This document shows, piece after piece, positions 23,410 to 36,684 of a stretch of DNA of 64,000 nucleotides (within the stretch, counting starts at the first letter, position 1; each line of letters starts with the position of its first letter). The stretch covers positions 8,087,354 to 8,151,353 of the forward strand of contig NC_068991.1 of assembly GCF_001194135.2 (NCBI RefSeq), written 5' to 3'. The position numbers and the translations under genes are program-made. The DNA comes from Octopus bimaculoides (Eukaryota). Under the pieces are notes generated by a model. The model was not told the origin of the DNA. It saw only the letters and a list, made by a program, of their open reading frames with translations, and made no database searches.

Positions 23410-24563
23410 TCGATGAACCATATTCGATGAACAGCACCTGTGCCAGTGGAGCACTAACAGCACCGTCTGAGCGTGATGATTGCCAGAGCAGCTGTCTGGC
23501 TTCCGTGCCTCTAACTTAGCGGTTCGGCAAAAGAGACCGATAGAATAAGTACTAGGCTTACAAAGAATAAGCCCTGGGGTCGACTTGCACAACTAAAGGC
23601 GGTGCTCCAGCATGGCCGCAGTCAAATGACTGAAAAAGAGTAAAAGAGAACCTCCATACGTTATCTAATGACAGGAGAGTCCATGACACACATATATGTA
23701 TTTGTGTGTGTTTGTTTGTCTGTATGCACACACACACATACATACGCATTTGTATGTGGGTGGTGATTACTTCGTTCCATTACCTGAACAACCACATGCA
23801 GATGAGGAACTCAGAGGTGCAGAGAAGTCAGTCGTCACCACCTTGATTGACTAATAGAAAACCTATTACATGTACCAAGTACTCTTTCATCAAATCTCCG
23901 TATGTGCGCACACATTATTTGGTGTAAAACCTGACGGGGGGGGGGGGGGNNNNNNNNNNGGGGGGTAAAAAGAACACAGTGCATATAATGCCTGTGTGTG
24001 TATGTGTGCTTGTGTGTATGAAGACATACATATGCATGTTAAATTGTTTGTCTTTTTTTTCTTCTTTCCCCACCCCCACCTCCCCATGACCTTTTGGCTT
24101 TAAAACAAGGTTCAGACTGCTTGCGGACTACATTATTATCAGGTTCACCATAACAAGCATTGATTGTTCTTAATGGCAATCAATACAGCAGATAGGAACG
24201 GGGTGTGGTTGCTGTAACGTTCACTTAGTTTCTCTACCTAACAGTTGCTATTACGAATGACTTATCACCAAATATCATCCGTGAAAGTTAATGTTGTTTT
24301 TAACTAAGTAGTGTTATGCATGCGTCTCTGTAGTAAATGTATTTCTGTTTTAGTTTGTGTGTGTGTGTGTGTGGTGAGGGGTGTACACATTAATATATAA
24401 AACTAGATGAATGTGTGTATGTATATGCATATTTATATATATATATATATATATACCAAAGTGTATGGGTGTGAATAGATAGATAATTACATGTACATTT
24501 GTGTATGTGTGTGTGTGAGAGAGATTATAAAAAGAGAAAAAACAAGGTGTGTTATGAATATAA

Positions 24564-24602
<39 letters not shown>

Positions 24603-24643
24603 GAGAGACAGACAGACNNNNNNNNNNATATATATATATATAC

Positions 24644-24674
<31 letters not shown>

Positions 24675-24721
24675 AAGGGAGGACAAGATGTGTGTGTGTC
24701 AGTATAGATAATAAATATTTC

Positions 24722-25165
24722 AGACCTGGTTCGGTCATGAGATGTGGATGGATGCTGACAGCTCCATAAAGAAGTGCTAATCTCTCAAAGTGGATGGTAC
24801 TCGGGGGAAGAGGGGAAACCAAGGAAGACGTGGGACAAAGTCTTGGAGGACAACCTCAGGACGATGAGCCTTTCGGGTGAGATGACAAAGGACCAAGATA
24901 CCCAGTGCCTTGCTGTATTCAAGAAGACCTGTCCTCCACAGCAGAAGTGTAAAGACTGCATCCACTGGAAAAGAGGATCAGCCAACAAGGATCTTGTGCC
25001 AATGCCATGTTAAAAGCATCCAGCACACTCTGTAAAGTGGTTGGCATTAGGAAAGGCACCCAACCTTAGAACCTAAATCAAATCAGACTGGAATATGGCG
25101 CAGATCCACAGCTTGCCAGCCCTGGTTAAACCACCAAAACCATGCCAGCATGAGAAACAGATATT
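24722..25165 (+). mobile_element. 5'-truncated RTE-clade LINE (ORF end plus 3' UTR)
   Basis: WFGHEMWMDADSSIKKC*...VDGTRGRG/PRKTWDKVLEDNLRTMSLSGEMTKDQD...KKTCPPQQKC, followed by the family 3' tail (GTGCCATGTTAAAAGCA...GTGGTTGGCATTAGGAAAGGCA). Confidence 0.85.
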
Positions 25166-25417
25166 AGGACTTATCTTTACATATATATATATATATTATA
25201 TATATATATATATATTGTTGTACTTGGGGATGGTCATATTGCCAGTTTAGCCAATAAAAACACACGCACTGTGTATTTGGTGTTAATTTGCTTCAGCTTT
25301 ATATTACATTAATCTTAATCTTATTTCGGCCAGAGTTCTTTCGTCACACTTCTGTGACCTCATCGGTGGTCCTTTGTTTCCTTCTTTCTTATGTGTGTCT
25401 CACCTTGCTAACTATCA

Positions 25418-25460
<43 letters not shown>

Positions 25461-25463
<3 letters not shown>

Positions 25464-25851
25464 TGCAGGAATGGTTGTGTGGTAAGTAGCTTGCTTACCG
25501 ACCACATGGTTCTGGGTTCAACCCCACTGTGTGGCATCTTGGGCAAGTGTCTTCTGCTATAGCTGACCAAAGCCTTGTGAGTGGATTTGTTAGACAGAGA
25601 CTGAAAGAAGCTCATCGTGTATATATATATATATGTGTGTGTTTGTGTTTGTCCCCCCACCACCAACATTGCTTGACAACTGATGCTGGTGTGTTTACAT
25701 CCCTGTAACTTAGCGGTTCGGCAAAAGCCACTGATAGAATAAGTACTAGGCTTACTAAGAGTAAAGTCCTGGGGTCGATTCGTTCGACTAAAGGCGGTGC
25801 TCCAACATGGCCGCAGTCAAAATGACCGAAACAAATAGAAGGGTAAAAGAG
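25461..25851 (+). mobile_element. SINE family A, full length
   Basis: AGGTGCAGGA.TGGTTGTGTGGTAAG head, GGTTCAACCCC box B-like motif, CTTGGGCAAGTGTCTT central motif, internal TA/TG tract, conserved tail. Confidence 0.88.
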
Positions 25852-27220
25852 TGTATATAGAGAGAAGATCCCTCGTTTGTGGGATCAATTAACATTAGCA
25901 CATGTTGTTGAATGAAATCACTTTGTGATCCATGTTAGTATGTCAGAGCGTCTGTAAATCCTATCTCATAACTTTTAAAACTCTACAATATCAATCGGCA
26001 TAGTCCTTCCGTAGATGAGATAAGGATCTCATTAAACATTCTAATGCAGATCAATAACCTAGTTTCAATAAAAAAAAAGTGAAAAAAAAAAAAAGCAGGA
26101 AAAAAAAGAAAGAAAAATAACCAACTGTAAATATGTCATTGTTTTAATCAATACACAGGAAATTCTCATTAAGCTCCATTAACCTGCAGTTTGTTTCAGG
26201 CATGCTTCTTGTTATTGTGTATCTTACGCTGGTTAAATGTACAGCTATGTTGAATTTGTAGAAGATTAACTGTCGCTCCAATACATCTCTAAACATCTCG
26301 GTTATTATTTTGAAACCACCTCCGCTTTTCCATCTCCTCGTGTTTGTGTATAATTGATAAATTCTATTTGTTCTGCAAGATTCTTGATGTGAAGTTGTGT
26401 GTTAAAACAGATATTGTTATACATGGGGATGGTCATTTTCCTTTCTTTTCTTTTCGTTTGTGGCAATGAATGCATACAGTGAAAATCAAATAGTTTTATT
26501 GGCAAAAAAAAAAAAAAAAAAAAGGAAAATTAGAAAATTGTCATAGATACAGGTGTGGCTGTGTGATAAGAAGCTTGCTTCTCAACCACATGATTCCAAG
26601 TTCAGTCCCGCTGCATGGCTTCTTGGGCAAGTGTCTTCTACTATAGCCTTGGGCTGGCCAAAGCCTTGTGAATGGATTTGGGAGACAGAAACTGAAAGAA
26701 ACCTGTTATTTATATNNNNNNNNNNNNNNNNNNNNNNNNNNNNNNNNNNNNNNNNNNNNNNNNNNNNNNNNNNNNNNNNNNNNNNNNNNNNNNNNNNNNN
26801 NNNNNNNNNNNNNNNNNNNNNNNNNNNNNNNNNNNNNNNNNNNNNNNNNNNNNNNNNNNNNNNNNNNNNNNNNNNNNNNNNNNNNNNNNNNNNNNNNNNN
26901 NNNNNNNNNNNNNNNNNNNNNNNNNNNNNNNNNNNNNNNNNNNNNNNNNNNNNNNNNNNNNNNNNNNNNNNNNNNNNNNNNNNNNNNNNNNNNNNNNNNN
27001 NNNNNNNNNNNNNNNNNNNNNNNNNNNNNNNNNNNNNNNNNNNNNAATTCTGGAACTAATGATGGAGTTAATTAGATAACTCAGTTGTTATTAAGCTGCT
27101 GTTTGAATCATAAACTGACATGGTATCTTGATGGAGGGTTTTAATTAAGATCACTTTAAACCAGGAAATTAGCATCACAGAACCAGGTGTCGTAAGGGTT
27201 TACTTACATTAAATTTTTCT

Positions 27221-27449
27221 TTAACCCTTTAGTATACAGATTATTCTGTCTAATGTAATGCTTATTTAATCAAATTGTTTTGAATTAATCATACAAAAAC
27301 ATCGTAGCATTAAAATTTTGAGGATGTAGTTGCTTATTCTTAGAATGACATTGTAGGATAAGTGTGCAAAGCCAGATCTGGCCAGTTTGAACATAAAACA
27401 AGTAGAATATTTGGGCCGGATATGGCCGGTTTAAATGATAAAGGGTTAA
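27221..27449 (+). mobile_element. piggyBac-like MITE family D
   Basis: TTAA|CCCTTTAG ... TAAAGGG|TTAA ends. Related copies at about 53325-53520(-), 55182-55741(-), 56065-56289(-), 57259-57650 and fragments across 59465-60200(-). Confidence 0.85.
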
Positions 27450-27554
27450 ATATTGTTGAAATTAAAACCTAATTCCTGATCCTGCCTAATATTTAAAACT
27501 TAATCCTTAATTCTGTAATAATTAAAAATTGTCTCTCTTTTGTTGTCTTTGCAG

Positions 27555-28394
27555 GAAAAGCCGAAAGAAAACGGTATTTCAAATAATTTTGATACAGATT
27601 ATGAGGTAAAAGACGACGAAGACATGTCTGAAGAAAACGAAGGACACATCTATGCTAACAGTGAGCCACTTGCTCATCCCGTGTATGAGAATGTCAGTGT
27701 GAATGGTAAAGCAGACAATGACGATACATACGAAAATGTTATGAAAGAAACAGGTAATGACCAGGAGATAAGTGTTACACTCAAGACGGAAGAGTCTAGT
27801 CCTTTGTATGACACTTTACCTTCCTTGAAGAAAGAGATCGATAACAATAATGACGAAGATGATATCGTCGTTGTTTCTGATACAATGGATGAGATGGTGG
27901 TTCATGATATTGAAAAAGAAAGCAAACCAGCAGAGGAGGCTGCTTCTGTGACAGAAGAGGATAATGCTATCGAAGCAGAAGTTGAAATAGAAATTCCACA
28001 AACGCAGGAGGAAGAACAGCCCAAGTCTCCATCTCACAGCCGGAGCAATAGTGCCAGTCCTACGGAAAGGCCTGCAAGCCCGACTCCAGCTAGTGATGAA
28101 GAACCACATGAACCAAATGTCTGTCATAGCCCAAGCCCAAGTATGTCCGATGAGGAAACTGCTAACATAGCTGCTACTTCGGAAGATAACGATAACGATA
28201 CACGCCGTGATTCGATGCACAGCCCAGTCCCGACGCCAACTCCTAGGAAAAGAACAAGCTTGTGTCATGGTAAAAGCCCAGAATTTGATATTAATAAAGA
28301 AGCGTGTCGAAGCCCTAGTCCTAAGGAACCTAGTATCAGCTCTGAAGGGAGAAATACACGAAGCCCAAGTCCTGACGACATGATAATCCACCAG
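27555..28394 (+). CDS. Coding exon B, 840 nt (280 aa), acidic then Ser/Pro-rich, probably disordered (EKPKENG...PDDMIIHQ)
   Basis: Acceptor TCTTTGCAG|GAA, donor CAG|GTGAGT at 28395. Open frame throughout, phase 0 at both ends, GC and codon composition distinct from the flanking intron, non-repetitive protein sequence. Confidence 0.92.
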
Positions 28395-30446
28395 GTGAGT
28401 TCTTTTTGCTTTCTTTTCATTAACCATTCCAGTAAAACGTTGTATTTCCATGAGGAATTTTCTAAGTTCAACACTTCAAAAGATTACTTCAGTATTGAAT
28501 TTTATTTTAATTGATTTATATAACCCTTTAATTTCCCAGGTAAATGTTTTGTCAAAGACATTTAGATACATACCCATTTTCCAACTCTGTTGTTAAATCA
28601 ACATATTTTTTTTAAAGCATTTTCACCAATGATCTTATCCACCAAATAAAATATTAGTTTAGTTTGAGGCAACAGTTTTTTCTTCAAGAACTCTGCATTT
28701 CCATGAAATCCAATTTTCCTATAAATCATACAATCTTAGGAACAGCGTTGGGAACATTGAAAAACAAATTATTACATTTCACTGAAAGTTTGCAGAGTTA
28801 TTTCCCTTGTCTCAATTATTGTACTTCAGTTGCCTTGATAAGGTGATTATGTCTACTAGCCTACTATGAGTTTCAGCCAGACTGGCCATTCTGGAGTAAA
28901 GTCTAAAAATTCAAGCTTTATCATAGACACTGACAGATATTAAATTGAAAAATACCGAAAATGTCATCTCAATTGTATTGTTCCAGACTGTTTTTAAAAG
29001 GATAAAGAGGACTCTTTGTTGATAATAAAACTATTGCCATATAATTTGTTAAATCATAATCCAGTATTTTATGTCTACTTTTCTATGCTAGCATGAGTTG
29101 GAAGAGTTGAGCAATTTTCTTTCTGAGACAATATTTTATAGACAGATTACTAACCAGTAATTAATCCTTACTGTTATTTCTCATGACCGACAAGAGATGT
29201 AGCCTATCCATTCTAAAACTAGGTTGCACATAGTATTGTATATCCTGGTTTATCAAGTACAATATTTTTGTGTCTAAATGTACTGCATATTTGGCATGCC
29301 TGTTCGATTTGAGATTTGAAAGTGCTGTCAGTAGGGGTGTGTTTCAATGCACACTTTTGAACACATGAACAACACACCCAGACACTAGGGGCTCTAGCAG
29401 TGGTTCTCAATCAAGGTCCATGGAAGATCTTTGTTGTTAAAATTTATCTGCAATAAATTGGTTATACTTCTATGAGACACAAAATATTTTTAATTTTTTA
29501 TGCAATTCCTAATCATAAGTAAGAATTTTTTATGCACATCAAATGTCTATTTAGGTCCAGTAGAATAGAATAGGAACCAATAGGAAAATGGTATAGAACC
29601 ACTGATCTGTATGGTAACTCAACCTGCTAGAAATAGCAGCCATATATCCCTCATCATACACCCTGCCATCTTAAAAAATAGGAAGGATATATTGAACAAT
29701 GAAATCATATAGCCCAGTGGTTAGGGTGTCGCACTCATGATCATAAGATCATGGTTTCAATTCCTGGATTTTGTAATGTGTTGTAATCTCAGTCATTTAT
29801 ATACCACGGGAACCAGGTTAGTTTCTGGCCTCGTGAATCCCAGGGTTTGTCATGACAGACCCTACATTAGACAAAGTTTTCCCATATAATCAAAATAATA
29901 GGATGTCATAGCACTATTCAAAGGTCTGCTCAATCGGGGCCTTCCTTGGTTTAAACAACAACTGTGCATGTGTTTATTATTGATGTAATGACCTTCCTTA
30001 AGTTACAACAAAATCTCATGAGAAGTCCCATTAATATCTCTTTTTTTAGCCAACTTTAATCTTCTCAAGATAAACCATTTTTATGTCAATGATTTTGATG
30101 CAAATACCTCGTTATTTTATATTACTCCCACAACTTTAAAGTTTTCATCATCATCATAAGTTTGTTTTCCATACTTACATGGATTGGATACTTAGGATCT
30201 GGTAAGTCTCAGGGCCACATTGAGCTCCAATGTCAGCTTCAGCATGGTTTGTGGCTGGATGTCTAGCTGGATGTCTTTCCATACACCAACCACTTACATT
30301 GTGTACTGGGTGCTTTTTTTCATGCCACCAGCACTAGTGAGGTTGCCAAATAACTTGCAAGACAGACAAAGTAAAGGGGGGAAAATCCTTGACTAAGTGG
30401 GGTTAGTATTGGAGAAAGTAGTGGCTTTGTAGATGGTGTTAGGACA

Positions 30447-30675
30447 TTAACCCTTTCGTTACCAACCTGGTTGAAACCAGCTCTAGCTCTGAGTACAAAC
30501 GTCTTGTTTTCATAAGTTCTGAATTAAAATCTTCCACCAAACCTTAGTCACAATTTTTGTTCCTAACACTAGCTTAATGATAACTAAGTTATTTTACTAA
30601 ATTCTTTGTTATATTTAAAATTAATTGAAAGAAACACAGAGCATCTCAAAATAAATTTAGTAACAAAAGGGTTAA
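30447..30675 (+). mobile_element. piggyBac-like MITE family E
   Basis: TTAA|CCCTTTCGTTAC ... GTAACAAAAGGG|TTAA. Related copies at 35638-35750, 39654-39881 (opposite strand), about 48100-48320, 54170-54630 and 56356-56804. Confidence 0.85.
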
Positions 30676-32033
30676 AGTATGATAGAGGGACACATGCAAG
30701 TGTCTTGCTGTAGAGAAGATACATGGCTACCCCACATTAACTACCTGCATATCTAAATTAATACTGTCAATCACAATTTTGAGTCATGTTTGAAATACCA
30801 GCTTGATAGTGAAAATGTTAGTTATTTTAGTAAGTTTTACAAATTATTGATTGTCTGCAAAAGTACTTCAGAATGTGTATTTCCTTAGAAATATTATAAG
30901 GAAAAGGTTAATATTTTAAAATATTTTAGCAGCAGTTGCAAATGTAGATTTTTCCCATATACCACTTGTGAAACTCTGGATTATCTTTCCATTTAACAAG
31001 CATATGATTGAACTTTGTTGAATTTGTAACAAACATCTGTTACTCTCTATTTTTCTCTGTCTGTCATCAGGAGTTTATAGAATCAATCTTGGTAGTCATT
31101 GATTTGATGTTTACTAAATTTGTCGCTAGTTTTGATTATTTTTGTCCTTATATACTTCAGCTGTCTCATCTTTCTTTCTCGGGTTGTATAAATTGTTCAA
31201 GCACCATTGAAAACACTACATGTTTTCTCTTCATTTCTTTTTTTTCGTTTATTTGGTTACATTTCACTTAGCAGCTGCTGTGTTGCTCTACTCATTATCT
31301 ATGATCATTCATTCAACAAGCATGGAAAGCAGGTTACCTCTGGAGTGGATTTTTTTACAACACAGGAGTCACAAGTTACTACTGGTTAAATTTCAATTAA
31401 TTCATTATCATCATCATTATTATTATTATCATTATTCTATAATTTAAGGAAAAATTGCATTCCTTCACAATTTTTATTCGGCTGCATTTTCTTCCCTTAT
31501 TTGACAATAACCTCTGGGATAAAGAAAAAAAAAAAAGAATTTCTAATCTTCAATGATATTTATGTTAATGCATGAATCTCACATATTTTGACCTGATTTA
31601 AAATGTTTTAATTAATTGATATTGAAAAACAAAATAAGAATTGAATAGCAAAGGTTTTCTATTTTGTTGATTTGCCATCTGCCGGGAGAAAAAGGTTAGT
31701 TGAAAAATAGTAAGGTTTGGTATTTATAGAAACTAATGTTGTAATGAAGCTGTCATTAAATGCGCAATATTGATCTTCTATAGAGAGGAGTTTTATCTTT
31801 CTGTTTACAAAAACAAAAATTCTTTAAATCAATAGTTTATACATTTCATTGATAATGTGATTTGTTTAAAACATAGAAATATTGAAAGCAATGTAAAAGG
31901 AAATTATTGCTTCATTAAAGAGAGAAAAAAGACAGAAATAATGAATTGCAAAATGAAGCTTGTTGTGAATTCTATAAAAGTAACTGGAGATTTTTCCAGG
32001 TGGAATCTTGGGATTTTAAACGTATTCTGTTGA

Positions 32034-32064
<31 letters not shown>

Positions 32065-32388
32065 CATTATCATCATCATGAAAAATCAAAATATTACGAC
32101 TGAAAATGTGACATTTTAGAAAAAAAAAACTATATTTATATTCTATAGTTATTTGAAGAAGTCAGTAATGTAGGAATATGCTGTTTTATGTTGTTATTAG
32201 TTCAGCTAAGACTTCGGATGAAAGATGAGCTGCGAATCTGGAAGCAAAGTAAAAAAGCAAAAATATATTCTAGACTATCGATTAGCACTTCCTATTCTTG
32301 AAACAGGAAACTATAGCATCAGTGGGAAGAAAATCTATTTGCTTATTAATGAATATGTTCAGTTATCGACATCTCTGAGCATTCCAAC

Positions 32389-32733
32389 ATGAACCAGGTG
32401 AATTTTAATGTCAACGGCAACCAAAGATTGTCCTTAGGTGCTAGAATTGCAGCAGTAGTTCGAACTGATTATGATGGCAACATTATCGTAGATAGACCGT
32501 TTTCAAAATCACAATGCCAGTTAGAAAATAAATATCTCGAAACTAGAACAGGTTCGTTAAAACCTTCCGTTTGGAAAAGGGACTTGTATCGAGCAGAAAT
32601 AACCGATCCCATCTACTCACATGCAAAAATCAACAAAGTTACTCACCCCCAAAATTCATTCTTTTGGAGAACAAAATCTTTCTTCCAAAATAATCAAAAG
32701 AATAGAACGAATACAAAAAAAAATGTTAAAGAG
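32389..32733 (+). CDS. Probable alternative first coding exon C (115 aa, basic: MNQVNFNVNG...KKNVKE)
   Basis: AACATG start with an in-frame upstream TGA at 32350, 115 open complex codons, strong donor GAG|GTAAGG at 32734. Phase 0, compatible with the acceptor at 52526; local CpG retention. Confidence 0.72.
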
Positions 32734-35700
32734 GTAAGGTTGTTTTTTTTAATTAATTTTTATCCTTATTATTATTATTGTTGTTATTATCATTATTACT
32801 TTGTTGCAAGGTGGTGAACTGTCAGAATCGTTAACACCCCAAGCGAAATGCTTAGCAGTATTTTGTCTGCTGCTATGTTCTGCGTTCAAATTCCGCCGAG
32901 GTCAACTTTGCCTTTCATCCTCTCGTGGTCAATAAAATAAATACCAGTTGGTTACTAGGGTTGACTTATGCCCACCTCTCCTGAATTTGCTGGCCTTGTG
33001 CCAAAATTTGAAATCATCATCATTATCATCATTATTATTATTATGATTATGCCTCGTATTATATTTCAACACTGCCTTACATACGACCAACACATTAATC
33101 TCAGTGTTTACAAATTGTGACACCTTCCGCTCAATGTTTTAAATTGTTTTCATCTGACAAATTAGTTTACTGTAATGATTATATTTAATGACGAGAAAAT
33201 TCCTAAATGGTTGGTGCTTATTATTGTTTCAAAATGTCTTTCTGTTTTGTCGTTACTGGTAAGATAAGTAACTATGGCACATTTTATTAATCTCTCCACA
33301 CTCTGTTCTCTTTCTGGTTTGACGATCTTCTTAATTAAAATAAGTAAGTTCCATCTGCAGTAGAATATCTGGGGAAAAGTCTGTGTTTTCCATTTATGTT
33401 TTAGGACCAGCTATCTCTCAAAGACTTTGCTGCTGTGAAAAATATCGGTTTTTCTTAATTGAAAGAGACAATTGTGGTTAAGAAATTCACTTTGCAACCA
33501 TGTGGTTTAGGGTTCAGTCACACTGTGTGGTACTTTGGGCTAGTGTCTTCTACTATGGCCCCAGCCAACCAATTCTTTATGAGTGAATTTGGTAGGAGAA
33601 AACTGGAGATTTGTTGTGTGTATGTGTGTGTGTTTATCCCTTCCCCTCCCTGCTTGATAACTGGCGGTGGTTAATTTTACATCCCTGTAACTTAGCAGTT
33701 CGGTAATGGTAACTGACAGAATAAGTTCTAGGGTGATTCCCCAGCATGACTGAAGCGAGTTAAAAGAGTTAGGCAAAAATTAGTAAAAGAAATGGCTTGT
33801 TTAACAGTATCTCTTCCAATTATTTCTCTGACTGTATTTAATTTTATCCTGTTTGGTTATAATTTGAAAATAGAAATTAAATAAATGTTGTAAACATTTT
33901 TAATACTATTCATCTTCACTCTTAAAATAAAGTTAATTATAATTTTAAGTGTCAAAAGAAACTGGCATAGAATGATATTTTTGCTTTTTGTTAATTATTT
34001 AATTTCAAGTATACTATGAAACAGTTGTAAAAATTATGTAATAATCATATGGAAAATTCATTTGATGTTTACACAAATGAATTTAATTGCTTGACATGTT
34101 TTTTATATATAAAATCGTATCATTAACAGCAGGATTGTACTTTGTTATATAAGTACTTGGTGGATAGTTCTGTAGCAGTTCTTTTGATCTTTTTTTGCTT
34201 AATTTGTCTTGGCTGAACTCATGTAAGCTTGTTAAATATGCTTTACATTTGCCACCAATATATAGTGTTTAACTGTGTTTTAAAGACAGCATGTCTATAA
34301 AAGATACTGTCGCTGGATAAAAACCTGCAGTTAATTAGCTTTTCGCAATGTATTTACATTGAGTATGATACACGGATGACTGTCCTTTTAATGTTTTACT
34401 TTTAAAAGATTCTCAAGTCCCATCCTTGCATTTGAACCTTAACTCTATTGTGCTTCATGAAATGAAGCACTTTGCCCAAGAACACAACATGTCGTCTGGG
34501 CCAGGAATCAAAATCATATTCTTACAGTTATGGGTCGAACACCCTAACCGTTATGCCATTCACCTCAAGTAAGAGAAGATAACTCCATACAAACCCTACG
34601 TCCTCATAATCACTACTGGGCTCATGACACTTGTTGCATGAGACTAAAACAAGTCTGAAGGACTAGAGAATGCGACTGTCCCTGCACTAACAGTGCCCAC
34701 TGTAATAACATTCACTGTGCAGAGTGTTCAGCAACCAATGCACCATACAGCTGTCTTGTTACACACTCATTCGTTGAAGCATTGAGAGAGTCTACCAAAT
34801 TCTAATAACATGGATATATTTAATATTCATACACAATTATTATTCTTATCTTCTAGGATATTGAAATCTGAAACCAGGAAGAAATTACTTTCATTTCTTT
34901 CGGCCTATGTTGCTTTTTAGTTTATTATTATTATTATTATTTTCTTAATAAATTCCCAAGACATATGTACTCCAGCAATATATTGTAATGTCTGAATTTT
35001 CAAATAATCATCTCACTTACACAACCAGATGAAAAGTAGTAGAGAGAGAGAGAGAGAAAAAAAAAGAAGAGAGATTATGTTTACGTGCCTAAATGTTTTA
35101 GGTTAGTTTTGGACTGTGAAGATGCCCTCTGAAATCCTGCTACTAAGACAATCTTATTGCAACTGAATGACTATTTTGCTATCTGTAAGAACCAACCAAT
35201 TACAGAACACAACGCTATTTGTTGTGTTAATTTTTTTTCTTTTGCCTTCAGATATGAGTAGGTTTGTGTTGGATTGACATTGTTTCAGAAAGTATTTTCA
35301 CTACGCAGTTTAGGGTTTTTTTTTTCTTTTCATTTCTTATCTATTTCTTATTACGTAACTGAAGAGTTGTAGTAGTAGTAGTAGTAGTAGTAGACTCTTT
35401 TTTTATTATTTGTTTTTAATCAGCCAGGCAGACTGTGGCAAGCAGTAATACAACCCTGTCCTAGGGAATACAGTATTGTGGCTGAAGTGTGGTTTGAACT
35501 CTTGACTATCACAACTACTGTCCTTCATACACACCATTATAAAAATATGATGGAAGTGTTGAACAACATTCTCCTCCCACTCCTGTGTGTGTGTGTGTGT
35601 GTATACCGGTTTGATAAAGCTGAATATTGGAGAAAGTTTAACCCTTTTGTTACGGTTTGGTGGAAGATTTTAATTCAGAACTTATGAAACAAGAGATTTG

Positions 35701-35877
35701 TACTACAGAGCCAGAGCCGGTTTCAGCTGGGTTGGTAACGAATAGGCTAAAGCAAAGGTCTAATTTTCAATATTTAAAATAAATACTTAACTCTGCTATC
35801 CATATGAGACTTTCATCAGACACCATTTGTTTATTTTGGTTTCAAAATATTTATTCAATTAGTTAAAAAGCTGTACA

Positions 35878-35915
<38 letters not shown>

Positions 35916-35929
35916 TAAAAACACAAGTA

Positions 35930-35970
<41 letters not shown>

Positions 35971-36286
35971 GTTATCATTTAATGTCTGTTTCCCATAGGC
36001 TGGTCAGTTCGACTGGATCCAATGTCTATTTTAGCATAATATCAATGACTGCATGTCCTTCCTAACATCAACCACTTTACAAAGTGTACTGGGTACCTGT
36101 GTGTGCATATGTATGTGTATATATATAAACACACACTTGGATGGTGTCTTTCCATTTCAGAAATCTACCCAAAAGGCTTTGGTTAGTCCGTTACACTTTA
36201 GGTATATATATATATAAAATATTTTAATTGAGTTTTTTACCTGTAATTTTGGATTTTGTCCCTAATATTATTATATATATATATAT

Positions 36287-36463
36287 AATCAAAATAAGCA
36301 ACAAGGATATCCAGAGGCAATGCAGTACGATTCTATGTCTTTGTGCAGCTGAGGATTGCTCTGCATTTAAATTGATGTAATGGTTGCATTGTTCAATTAA
36401 ATGGAGTTGCGGAAAACGATCGTACTGCCTTACCTCAGGATATCCTTGTTGCTTATTTTGATT
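36287..36463. mobile_element. Small MITE-like element with 45-bp TIRs
   Basis: AATCAAAATAAGCAACAAGGATATCC.GAGG.AA.GCAGTACGAT on both ends, 3 mismatches. Confidence 0.7.
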
Positions 36464-36684
36464 TCAATCACCTTACTTTGAAACTGTATGGATAATACCG
36501 TACTAAATTCTGGTGCCTCAGCTTAAGTACCATATTCATCTGAATCTAAATGTTTGCTGAATTCATCTTCCATACCAAAACGATATATATATATATAAAT
36601 ATATATGCAGTCATTTATCGTGACCATGGCTTGATAGGCTTTCTTCATAATGGTCAGTTTTTTGCTTGAATTTGCCATTTATTA

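Noticed and set aside
25461-25545. tRNA-like sequences with A and B boxes (also 55306, 60983, 13000, 46268)
   Set aside because: They are heads of multi-copy SINEs with long shared bodies; I see no complete cloverleaf.
27816-28474. Minus-strand ORFs of 211 aa and 69 aa
   Set aside because: Antisense shadows of coding exon B.
35424-35687. Acceptor-like TTTTAATCAG followed by an open frame (PGRLWQAV...)
   Set aside because: There is no credible donor; the frame runs into a TG microsatellite and a MITE.
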